IMG/VR virus record: IMGVR_UViG_3300013936_000024 | Direction: 5' to 3' (one strand) | From: an uncultured virus (IMG/VR IMGVR_UViG_3300013936_000024) | Taxonomy: Duplodnaviria > Heunggongvirae > Uroviricota > Caudoviricetes | Length of the DNA: 20,000 nucleotides | Shown: positions 7,218 through 15,227 of the stretch, in pieces | Layout: every line of letters starts with the position of its first letter | Numbering within the stretch: position 1 is the first letter of the stretch | The notes under the pieces: model-generated | Told to the model about the DNA's origin: nothing | Databases searched by the model: none | The model's input: only the letters and a program-made list of their open reading frames with translations | Made by a program: the position numbers and the translations under genes

Positions 7218-9761
7218 TTATAAAAAGTTAAATCCCGCTACAAATACCTTTGAATAGTTTTCAATTGTTATTTGTTTATCTAATCTCTTGCACAGTTCAC
7301 TTGCAAATCGCTTTCTTATATTTACTTCACAATTTAAAACTTCGATAGGTATCTTCATTGGGAATTTTACTGTGAAGTCTAATAATTTATTAAATTTCTC
7401 TTTTGTTATTTTTTTATCTCTTTTACAGAAAGGCTCTGATTTGTATTCTAATACCGTGTTTTTATTAATCTCGGATGGCTTTACCTTTTCTTTATTTTCA
7501 TCAAACAACGAATGGTCTTCGGTTATGTCACTGACACAGGTCTTACTATTTCGTTTATCCATGACACGGTACATATCTTTGCCCGTCTTGTGACGATATA
7601 TGTAGCTTGGTTTATACCATCCACTTCGACATAAGACAGTATAATTTTTCTCAGTCGTATCGTATTCTCTACCTAACGCATCCTTGCGTATGTTATCAAT
7701 ATCTATTAATTCAGATATAGGTTTGATGTCAATCAAATTTGTATTATCATATTTGATAAACATAGGTGTATCACCAGTAAAACTGTCACCTACAATAGGA
7801 TGATAATTGTATTCGTCATTAGGCGTATTAGTATTAAAACTTCCCAATGTGGAAAAATGGCTAATCATAAGACGAAGCATTTGTCGACCACGGCAAGTTG
7901 TTTCCTCCGCACATTCCAAATCAGACCAAGGGAACACACTTCCAGAACCGTATGATCCGAAGAAGCCATTGCCTGTTATCTTTAGAGGAAGTTGCATTTT
8001 GTCTGCCATCGCCTTTTGGCTTGATAACTGCGCTATCTTGACCTTTGTCTCCTTAATTTCATTCTCATCTGTAATACCCTTTAATTTTTCTTTAAGTTCA
8101 TCTGCCTCTTTACCATATTTGGCTTTCAGACCCTTATAATGTTCACGTTGTGTAAGAATATACTCCAAAAGGGCATTCATTACACCCATAATATCGATTG
8201 GACTCTTGATACCGAAAGTAAGAATAATCGAAGGATATAGTGAATTATAATCCAATTTAACGATTCTATCCACATATCCGACTTTCAATAATCGTGACAA
8301 TCCTCCTGTAAATTTCTTGGTTTCAATCAATTCAGGAATAGCCAGATCATGTTGATAACTCCACGCCATCATAATGTATTTCCATATTGCAGCAGTACCC
8401 ATTGTACACATTTTCTCATATGATACTGGGAGCATTTTACCTACCAAGAAATTAGGTTGATTATAACGGTTTTCTACCTTATCTGTCTCCCAAAGGTCAT
8501 CCAACAGATAACGCTGAATTATATAGCGTCCTGTCGTTATTTCATACTCCTTACCTGTTTTATTATTAATTAATTTTTTATCTTCACGGGTGTACAGAGG
8601 AAACGTTCCATTATCATCAGTATAAGTCTTTTCAAGACGTTTATCATCTATCTTAAACCATTCGCCATCGGTATCATTAAATGCATATGTAGGTGTCAAG
8701 TCCAACCACGTTGTATTAATTTCTTTGCCTGGTACATATACACGATTAGGCTTATTCATCTTTGAGTAGGCGCAGATATATTTAAGGGTTGCCTTTTTCA
8801 TATTAGAATCGATTGCTTGCGCTCTACGAACGGCGAACAATGCATCAACGATATTATGACCCCACATTATAGTAGGATAATAATACTCCATTTCGCCACC
8901 AAGTTTCAATACTTGTTGTTTCTTTTTCTTATATATCCCACGATTATAGAAAATTTTCTTGGTGAAATCCAACAACGAGCTTCCGTGGAGCTTTAATCGT
9001 TCATCAATAAAATACCAGTCGAAGTTCTCAGTATTATATCCTGCAATAATATCAGGTTGTTCATTATATATGATTTCAAAAAATTCCTTGAGACCGATTA
9101 TCTCATTTTTGAACTTTTCTTCACCTTCGCCATCGATGGTAATGATTTTTTCAAATCCCTTGTTTGTTCGTATACCAATCTGTGAAATCGCATGTATCTG
9201 TGGATTAAGACCCTCGGTCTCCAAGTCGAATGACATACGAATAAGGTCATCGTAATCATCATATCCCTTAAACATTCGTCGACCTGTATAAATCATATAT
9301 TGCTCTGTAGGTGCTACCGCAATAAATTCACGAAGTCCGTAATTAGCATCGGTCTGTTGCGGATATATTGGTCTACCAGCTTCCTTGAAAAAGTCCATGA
9401 ATTTCTTATAGGACATCGCAAATTTCGCATAGAACAATACCCTATATCCATTCTCCATTCTTGGGTGGATGTTTCCCTCATCGTCGGCGACACGTAATCC
9501 TTTACAAGTAATACCGTACATCGCCATTTTCTCCCTCAGAATCTTTCTGTCGCCATCGAAAAGCTTTCGGGCTGCACTTTGTTTGCACCATACAAAAGGA
9601 TAAAAATTATCCTTTAACATTTTCAACTTATTATTTTTTCCCCGAAAGATGACAGTCATTTTATCATCGTCATAAGACCCTTCTATCTTTATAATATGTT
9701 CCATCGGGTCTGTACCTGAGAGGAATTTATCGATATCCTCTTTTGTAATGTTATTTGCCAT
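7218..9761 (-). CDS. polB: Family B DNA polymerase, N-terminal fragment, ending in split-intein N-part (847 aa)
   Basis: ExoI SFDLETEG, ExoII GYNTENFDWYFI, ExoIII RYLLDDL, motif A LDYNSLYPSI, motif B KITGNGFFGSYG. Then IVGD, directly followed by intein block A SFTGDTP. Confidence 0.93.
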   Translation of the reverse strand: MANNITKEDIDKFLSGTDPMEHIIKIEGSYDDDKMTVIFRGKNNKLKMLKDNFYPFVWCKQSAARKLFDGDRKILREKMAMYGITCKGLRVADDEGNIHPRMENGYRVLFYAKFAMSYKKFMDFFKEAGRPIYPQQTDANYGLREFIAVAPTEQYMIYTGRRMFKGYDDYDDLIRMSFDLETEGLNPQIHAISQIGIRTNKGFEKIITIDGEGEEKFKNEIIGLKEFFEIIYNEQPDIIAGYNTENFDWYFIDERLKLHGSSLLDFTKKIFYNRGIYKKKKQQVLKLGGEMEYYYPTIMWGHNIVDALFAVRRAQAIDSNMKKATLKYICAYSKMNKPNRVYVPGKEINTTWLDLTPTYAFNDTDGEWFKIDDKRLEKTYTDDNGTFPLYTREDKKLINNKTGKEYEITTGRYIIQRYLLDDLWETDKVENRYNQPNFLVGKMLPVSYEKMCTMGTAAIWKYIMMAWSYQHDLAIPELIETKKFTGGLSRLLKVGYVDRIVKLDYNSLYPSIILTFGIKSPIDIMGVMNALLEYILTQREHYKGLKAKYGKEADELKEKLKGITDENEIKETKVKIAQLSSQKAMADKMQLPLKITGNGFFGSYGSGSVFPWSDLECAEETTCRGRQMLRLMISHFSTLGSFNTNTPNDEYNYHPIVGDSFTGDTPMFIKYDNTNLIDIKPISELIDIDNIRKDALGREYDTTEKNYTVLCRSGWYKPSYIYRHKTGKDMYRVMDKRNSKTCVSDITEDHSLFDENKEKVKPSEINKNTVLEYKSEPFCKRDKKITKEKFNKLLDFTVKFPMKIPIEVLNCEVNIRKRFASELCKRLDKQITIENYSKVFVAGFNFL
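7221..7784 (-). mobile_element. Split intein N-fragment (IntN, 188 aa)
   Basis: Block A SFTGDTPMFI (Ser1 codon at 7784-7782), IKPISEL, block B ITEDHSLF (TxxH). The ORF stops without blocks F/G. Confidence 0.9.
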
Positions 9762-9809
9762 TTCTAATCCTTTAAATTAAACATACTCTGTAGTTAAGCC
9801 ACAAAAATA

Positions 9810-9856
9810 GCGGCATCATACAAGATGTGCCGCAAATATACAACTTTTAAATCAAA
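9810..9856 (-). promoter_or_regulatory. Putative Bacteroidota-type promoter (-7 element TATATTTG) with adjacent hairpin upstream of polB
   Basis: Minus strand reads aaaagttgTATATTTGc (element at 9833-9840). The nearest TTTG is only 12 nt upstream (non-canonical spacing). A gcggca..tgccgc hairpin spans 9810-9833. Confidence 0.55.
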
Positions 9857-9874
9857 CTTTATAAGAATATCGTA

Positions 9875-10273
9875 TTAATTTGTGTTAATCATTGAATTAT
9901 TAATATTTATTATCAATTCCTCGGCAATTGGGACTATCAATTCGCCTTTTGGGAAACTATATTCTTCACTGTGTATGTCATCATTGAAAACTATTTTGAA
10001 AGTACCGACAAAACGTCCTTCCATTTTTGTATCTCTTGGTTTCCAAGAATACCTTAGTTTAACACGTTCTTCACAACCAATAGTATAAGTAATGATTTTG
10101 CATTTGGCATTCGATATTACTTTTATACCATTGTTTAGATTGGCCATCGTGAAGTATACATCGGCATTTTGTAAGGCATAATATGCCTTTCTGTAATCAT
10201 TTCGACCGTCTTGTATTAGTTCCATTTCCAAGTAAGGAAGCGTGGAGTTTTTATTTATATTAAATTCTTGCAT
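9875..10273 (-). CDS. Hypothetical protein, BppU N-terminal-like beta-sandwich (132 aa)
   Basis: Pattern F.I..N.TLP.L...L..DG...VYFTM...Y.W...DT...G.F.G.F.I.F resembles phage baseplate upper protein N-terminal domains (recognised from memory). Confidence 0.45.
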   Translation of the reverse strand: MQEFNINKNSTLPYLEMELIQDGRNDYRKAYYALQNADVYFTMANLNNGIKVISNAKCKIITYTIGCEERVKLRYSWKPRDTKMEGRFVGTFKIVFNDDIHSEEYSFPKGELIVPIAEELIININNSMINTN

Positions 10274-10285
10274 CGTTTATATCAT

Positions 10286-10765
10286 CTAATTTCGTAATTC
10301 TTTTCTCTTGAAATCAATTATCGCCTTGTTATCATATAGGAAATCACAACCTAATATTCCATCGATTTGCTTTCCCGTCTTTATGAAGACTTCTCTTTTG
10401 ACATTGTCAATATCAGTTATATAAAAAGTAACCGGTATACTGTCATTCAATAACGTGTTTGTTACAATAACCCCTTTTGAGATTGTACCGCTTATAGTGT
10501 TAATGTCAGATGAACTATTCTCGATGAAATTAAAGAAATCCATATGACTTAAATAATAATCATCATCTATTATGGATACATCTGAACCAGTGTCGACTAT
10601 AAAATTTACGCCTTTCTCATCTATATTATATTTTATGACAGGCATTGTGTTTTCATACACGAAGATATTTCTAAACCTTTTGACATTATCTTTATGACCG
10701 CTGTTGTTACAAGAGAATAGAAACAATGACAATAGGATGAAAACTATATGTTTTTTTAAATTCAT
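10286..10765 (-). CDS. Retropepsin-like (clan AA) aspartyl protease, putative lipoprotein (159 aa)
   Basis: Catalytic FIVDTGSDVSII and the DGILGCDFL motif. N-terminal MNLKKHIVFILLSLFLFSC has a basic tip, hydrophobic core and lipobox Cys. Confidence 0.8.
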   Translation of the reverse strand: MNLKKHIVFILLSLFLFSCNNSGHKDNVKRFRNIFVYENTMPVIKYNIDEKGVNFIVDTGSDVSIIDDDYYLSHMDFFNFIENSSSDINTISGTISKGVIVTNTLLNDSIPVTFYITDIDNVKREVFIKTGKQIDGILGCDFLYDNKAIIDFKRKELRN

Positions 10766-10770
10766 TTCAA

Positions 10771-12111
10771 TTATAACTCTTTAGAAATAAATATCTTTTT
10801 AATTTCTTGAAGTAGATTTTCTTTTTCAGTATATATCGTATCAATATAATTTGTAGGTATATTTTTGGAATTTGAAAAATAAAATAGTTTAATCCCGTTT
10901 TCTGTACATAATTTATATTTTTCTTGGTCTCGCTTTATAGTTTCAGCATAAGCCTTTTCACCGCCGTAAAACTTAATTGGCTCAAAATGCTGTTCACCTT
11001 GATATTCAATCGCAACTTTTATTGACGGTATAAAAATGTCAATACTTTTTAAACCCAACCATTTAAACTTCTTTTCTCTAATAATTTTACAGTTAATATT
11101 ATTTTTAATATATTCATATAGACAAGTTTCATTAATGTTTTTTTCTTTTGAACATAATGGACAACCTACACCTGAAAGATGACTGTGTGGTGTTTGCCAA
11201 AACTCTCCATGTTCGGGACAGATAATGCAGACTTTATCTTCACTTGTTTTATATTCGACCTTTGAGTAATCGTATTTATTGTTGTGTACTTTGTTAGACC
11301 TTTCTACAAATATTTCTTTATTTAGTTTACTATATTGACCACATTTAGGACAGCCGTGCCTAAGAACATCAACGAACTTTTTAGTAAAAATGCCATGAAC
11401 TTCATTGTTGTCATCGACACAATTACAATAGAATTTTCCTATTCCATTACGATTAGTATATGAGGTACTTATCGTATTAATATTAGGATATTTATTTTTA
11501 ATTAAGTTAGTAATTTCGTTATACGAATATTTATAACTTTGATGGGAACACATTGGACATTCATGCTTCGCCGAGACATGGGCATTTGGTGTTTGCCAAA
11601 ACTCTCCATGTTCGGGACAAATGATACAGACCTTAGTACTATTGTTTACATACTTTGCATTACTGTAATCGTACTTGTCTCCGTGTACTTTCTTTGCTTT
11701 TTCTATAAATTCTTCTGTCGTTAGTTTTCCACAGCCTCCACATATAGGACAACCGCATCCTCTAAGGTGTGATCTTGGTGTTTGCCAAAACTCTCCGTGT
11801 TCGGGACAAATGATACAAACCTTGGTGTTATAATTTACGTACTCGGCTTTTGAATAGTCGTATTTATTTCCATGTACTTTCCTCGCCTTTTCTATAAACT
11901 CATTTATACTTAATCTTTTTTCGGCAAGTTTACATAATTTACATCCTTGACCTAACAGATGATTCATTGGAGTTTTCCAAAATTCTCCATGCTCAGGACA
12001 GATGATGCATACCTTTACACCTGTGTTATAATATTCAACTTTTGAATAATCGTATTTATTATTATATAATTCATTCGAACTTTTTATAAATTCGTCCTTG
12101 CTAATTTTCAT
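10771..12111 (-). CDS. Putative homing endonuclease, five zinc-ribbon repeats + Vsr/DUF559-like domain (446 aa)
   Basis: Four KVCIICPEHGEFW.TP..H...CP/CK repeats and one degenerate unit. C-terminal SIDIFIP..VAIEYQGEQHF. Confidence 0.78.
   Translation of the reverse strand: MKISKDEFIKSSNELYNNKYDYSKVEYYNTGVKVCIICPEHGEFWKTPMNHLLGQGCKLCKLAEKRLSINEFIEKARKVHGNKYDYSKAEYVNYNTKVCIICPEHGEFWQTPRSHLRGCGCPICGGCGKLTTEEFIEKAKKVHGDKYDYSNAKYVNNSTKVCIICPEHGEFWQTPNAHVSAKHECPMCSHQSYKYSYNEITNLIKNKYPNINTISTSYTNRNGIGKFYCNCVDDNNEVHGIFTKKFVDVLRHGCPKCGQYSKLNKEIFVERSNKVHNNKYDYSKVEYKTSEDKVCIICPEHGEFWQTPHSHLSGVGCPLCSKEKNINETCLYEYIKNNINCKIIREKKFKWLGLKSIDIFIPSIKVAIEYQGEQHFEPIKFYGGEKAYAETIKRDQEKYKLCTENGIKLFYFSNSKNIPTNYIDTIYTEKENLLQEIKKIFISKEL
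11188..11808. repeat. Near-identical coding repeats (CPEHGEFWQTP) within the endonuclease gene
   Basis: 33-nt tggtgtttgccaaaactctccatgttcgggaca is identical at 11188-11220 and 11587-11619. A third copy ending at 11808 has one mismatch. Confidence 0.85.
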
Positions 12112-12176
12112 TGTTCCGATTTGGTTCTAACCTTCTTAAATAAATAGTAGGTAAATATTTATTTTTATATAAATTA

Positions 12177-13334
12177 ATGAATGTAATGGAGTTAGATAAT
12201 GACAAGAGAAAGTTATTCCAACAAGTGCGTACAAAATTAGGAGCACCGATTAGAAAAATCCAGCTTACAGATGAACAATTATGTGATTTATTGGAAATCT
12301 CAGTCGGAAATTACGCCGAAAGGGTACAGAATTTCATTATAGAGAATAATTGGGCAAACTTATACGGAAAAGATATGACCAATACTGACATTGCATATGC
12401 ATTATCGGTCAGGACATTAGATATCGCCAAGGATTATAGTCAATATTTCAGCAAAGAAGTAGGTCTCCAACAACGAGGAAAATGGGAACTTAAAAAGGAT
12501 TTCATTAAACTTGAAGCCGGCAAACAAGTATACGTAGTTCCTGCAGGTCGTGAGATTAACAAGGTAATGTGGGTTACTCCACCTACGACCGATGCCGCAT
12601 TGTGGGCAAATTACGGAGGCTTCGGGGTTACATTCGGAGGAGGAGTTACAGGACAAATGGGACTTGGCTCTGCGACTGTATTCGGAGGTATGGGGTCGGC
12701 ATATGGTATGGGGGCAGGATTGTGGGCACTCCCCCTTGCAGATGTGAGTACAATGGCAGCGGATTTATCAGCAAAGCAACAATATTTTAGATGTGATTTA
12801 ACTTATAAAGTAACCGCAGGACCTAATGGTACGCATCTAATACATCTGATGTCTACACCTGGTAGTAAATTGACTTTCGGTGCAGGAGGAATGAATCAAT
12901 ATTCGCTTCATAATTGTACCGTGTGGTATACATATTACGATGTAAATCCATCCAACGTAGATGAATGCCGTAAGGAAAACAGCGATGTATTACTTACACC
13001 AGATCAAGTTCCTTTGGATGAGATGGATTACTCTATGTTAAACTCGCCAACGAAAGTTATAGTAAGACAATTATTGGTAGGAGAAGCAGCAGAAACACTG
13101 GGATTAATAAGAGGAACATATAGCGGAAATATCAGTATGATAAGCAATTCGCTTACTTTAGACTACAATATGTATATTAATCTTGGACAGAGAGAGAAAG
13201 AAAACGCAATGAGGTCGCTTGATGAACGTTTACAGAGGATGAATCCTTATGAAGTGATGAAGAGACAAGCCGAGCTAGTCGATAGTATGATACAAGCAAA
13301 GAAGGGAACACCACTTCCTTTGATGGTAATATAA
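12177..13334 (+). CDS. Neck (head-tail adaptor) protein, T4 gp13-like (385 aa)
   Basis: N-terminal RTKLGAPIRKIQLTDEQLCDLLE resembles the gp13 LGAP.I..E.T..Q..D motif. Gly-rich central loop and a C-terminal PLPLMVI. Confidence 0.65.
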   Translation: MNVMELDNDKRKLFQQVRTKLGAPIRKIQLTDEQLCDLLEISVGNYAERVQNFIIENNWANLYGKDMTNTDIAYALSVRTLDIAKDYSQYFSKEVGLQQRGKWELKKDFIKLEAGKQVYVVPAGREINKVMWVTPPTTDAALWANYGGFGVTFGGGVTGQMGLGSATVFGGMGSAYGMGAGLWALPLADVSTMAADLSAKQQYFRCDLTYKVTAGPNGTHLIHLMSTPGSKLTFGAGGMNQYSLHNCTVWYTYYDVNPSNVDECRKENSDVLLTPDQVPLDEMDYSMLNSPTKVIVRQLLVGEAAETLGLIRGTYSGNISMISNSLTLDYNMYINLGQREKENAMRSLDERLQRMNPYEVMKRQAELVDSMIQAKKGTPLPLMVI

Positions 13335-13359
13335 TGATTACTAATACTTGAAACTTGGG

Positions 13360-13401
13360 TTATAAGATTACTATATTTATACTAAATAGGTAATCTTATA
13401 A
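13360..13401. promoter_or_regulatory. Long hairpin immediately upstream of the endonuclease ATG
   Basis: ttataagattac (13360-13371) / gtaatcttataa (13390-13401) is a perfect 12-bp stem, with an inner tattta/taaata stem. It ends 4 nt before ATG 13406. Confidence 0.65.
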
Positions 13402-13405
13402 TTTT

Positions 13406-15205
13406 ATGAAGAAATTAACTACTGAGTATTTCATTACAAAAGCAAGAGAAATCCACGGAGACAAGTACGATTATTCAAAGACACAATATATTAATGCTGT
13501 CACAAAAGTCTATATTATCTGTCCTGAACATGGAGAATTCTTGCAATTACCTAATAATCATTTAAAGGGTTGTGGTTGTCCTAACTGTAGTAATAATAAC
13601 AGACTTTCATCTAATGAATATATTAATAAATTAAAAAAACAATATCCTTGTTCACCATACAGTTTTGATAACATTGTTTATAAAAACAATCACACTCCAA
13701 TTCAATTAAGGTGTCCAACACACGGTTTATTTAGTACACTTCCTTCTTCAATAACCGAACATTTAACAGAATGTCCTATATGTAAAAAGAAACGTATTTC
13801 AGAGTCTCAAGCAAAGACAAATGAACAGTTTATTGAAGAAGCCAAAATAGTACATAATAATAAGTACGACTATACAAAGACCAATTATATAAACGCAAAA
13901 ACTAAAGTGTGTATCATATGTCCCAATCACGGTGAATTTTGGCAATTTCCGAATACGCATTTACATAGTAAAGGTTGTCCTAAATGCTCGAATGAGCATC
14001 TATGGGATAATAGGAAAGATAAGATGACTAAAAATGATTTCATACGAAAGGCGAGAGAAATTCACGGATACAGATATGATTATTCGAAAGTAAATTATAT
14101 AAATAGTTCTACGAAGGTATGTATAATCTGTCCCGAACATGGAGAGTTTTATCAGACACCATCGGCACATTTACGAGGACAAGGTTGTCCTAAATGTGGA
14201 AAACATCATTTATCGATATTATTTCGAGATACTATAGATGAATTTATTCAGAAGGCTAATATAATTCATAATAACAAATATGATTACACGAAAGTAAAGT
14301 ATAGCAGAGGAGCTGATAAAGTATGTATAATCTGTCCCGAACATGGAGAGTTTTATCAGACACCTAATAACCATCTGCAAGGCCACGGATGCCCTTTGTG
14401 CGCAATTGGTAAAAATATATCGTCTGAAGAGAACGAAATTTCAAAATATATTAGAGGACTTATAAAAGATACGATAATACTTAATGATAGAAATATCATT
14501 TCGCCGAATGAACTTGATATTTATATTCCGTCAAGAAATATTGCCTTTGAATACGATGGGTTATATTGGCATTCAGATAAATTTGTAAAAATGGATTATC
14601 ATCTATTAAAGACTGAAAAGGCGGCTATTAAGGGTATAAAATTATTTCATATTTTTGAAGACGAATGGTTAAATAAAAATGACGTGACTAAATCTATGAT
14701 AAGCAATGTATTAGGATGTAATGAAACTATTAATATCGATGGCTGTGAAACTAAATTCATTAAAGATGATATTGTAAAACTTTTTATTAATGATAATAAT
14801 ATTAATGATTATGCTGATAGCGATTATCATATAGGGCTTTACAATAAAAATGAATTATTACTTGTTGTATCATTCAAACGTGATGATGACAAAGGAAAAT
14901 ATACATTGCATCAGTCTTGTTTTAAAAAATATACCACAACAACTGAAGGTATGTCTTTAATAATAAATAAATTCATAAGGGAAATAAAGCCAAAAGAAAT
15001 AATAACTTACATCGACCGAAGATGGGATAATGGTGATATATTTTATAAATTAGGTTTTAAGTTTGTAAATAATATTAAGCCTAATTGTTATTATCTTATT
15101 AACAATAAACGTAGAACTAATATCAATAATGATTATTGTAACCGTTTATACGATTGTGGTTTATCTTTGTTGAAATTAAACATTAAAGGCGAGAACTATG
15201 AATAA
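13406..15205 (+). CDS. Putative Hef-like homing endonuclease with five zinc-ribbon repeats (599 aa)
   Basis: Five CPxHG...CPxC repeats, ELDIYIP..IAFEYDGLYWHS, LFHIFEDEW, IDRRWDNG...GFKF...RLYDCG. Paralogue of 5733-7142. Confidence 0.78.
   Translation: MKKLTTEYFITKAREIHGDKYDYSKTQYINAVTKVYIICPEHGEFLQLPNNHLKGCGCPNCSNNNRLSSNEYINKLKKQYPCSPYSFDNIVYKNNHTPIQLRCPTHGLFSTLPSSITEHLTECPICKKKRISESQAKTNEQFIEEAKIVHNNKYDYTKTNYINAKTKVCIICPNHGEFWQFPNTHLHSKGCPKCSNEHLWDNRKDKMTKNDFIRKAREIHGYRYDYSKVNYINSSTKVCIICPEHGEFYQTPSAHLRGQGCPKCGKHHLSILFRDTIDEFIQKANIIHNNKYDYTKVKYSRGADKVCIICPEHGEFYQTPNNHLQGHGCPLCAIGKNISSEENEISKYIRGLIKDTIILNDRNIISPNELDIYIPSRNIAFEYDGLYWHSDKFVKMDYHLLKTEKAAIKGIKLFHIFEDEWLNKNDVTKSMISNVLGCNETINIDGCETKFIKDDIVKLFINDNNINDYADSDYHIGLYNKNELLLVVSFKRDDDKGKYTLHQSCFKKYTTTTEGMSLIINKFIREIKPKEIITYIDRRWDNGDIFYKLGFKFVNNIKPNCYYLINNKRRTNINNDYCNRLYDCGLSLLKLNIKGENYE
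14117..14364 (+). repeat. 44-nt exact direct repeat in the zinc-ribbon units
   Basis: gtatgtataatctgtcccgaacatggagagttttatcagacacc occurs at 14117-14160 and 14321-14364. Confidence 0.9.
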
Positions 15206-15217
15206 GTCTCGCCTTTA
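15184..15217. terminator. Probable bidirectional terminator between convergent genes
   Basis: taaaggcgaga / tctcgccttta is a perfect 11-bp stem with AT-rich flanks. The stop codon of ORF 13406-15205 lies in the loop. Confidence 0.75.
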
Positions 15218-15227
15218 TTAATAATTA

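Noticed and set aside
4840..7220. Group I/II intron interrupting polB
   Set aside because: The non-coding gaps are only 10, 85 and 75 nt, too short for a ribozyme core. Both polymerase halves carry intein motifs with their own stop/start codons.
3184..9761. polB as a pseudogene broken by insertion
   Set aside because: Both ORFs are intact with all exonuclease and polymerase motifs, and the break coincides exactly with intein junctions.
11188..14364. CRISPR array or DGR template/variable repeats
   Set aside because: The repeats are in-frame protein repeats about 190-400 nt apart. There is no spacer periodicity, no adenine-specific mismatch pattern, and no cas or reverse transcriptase gene in the window.
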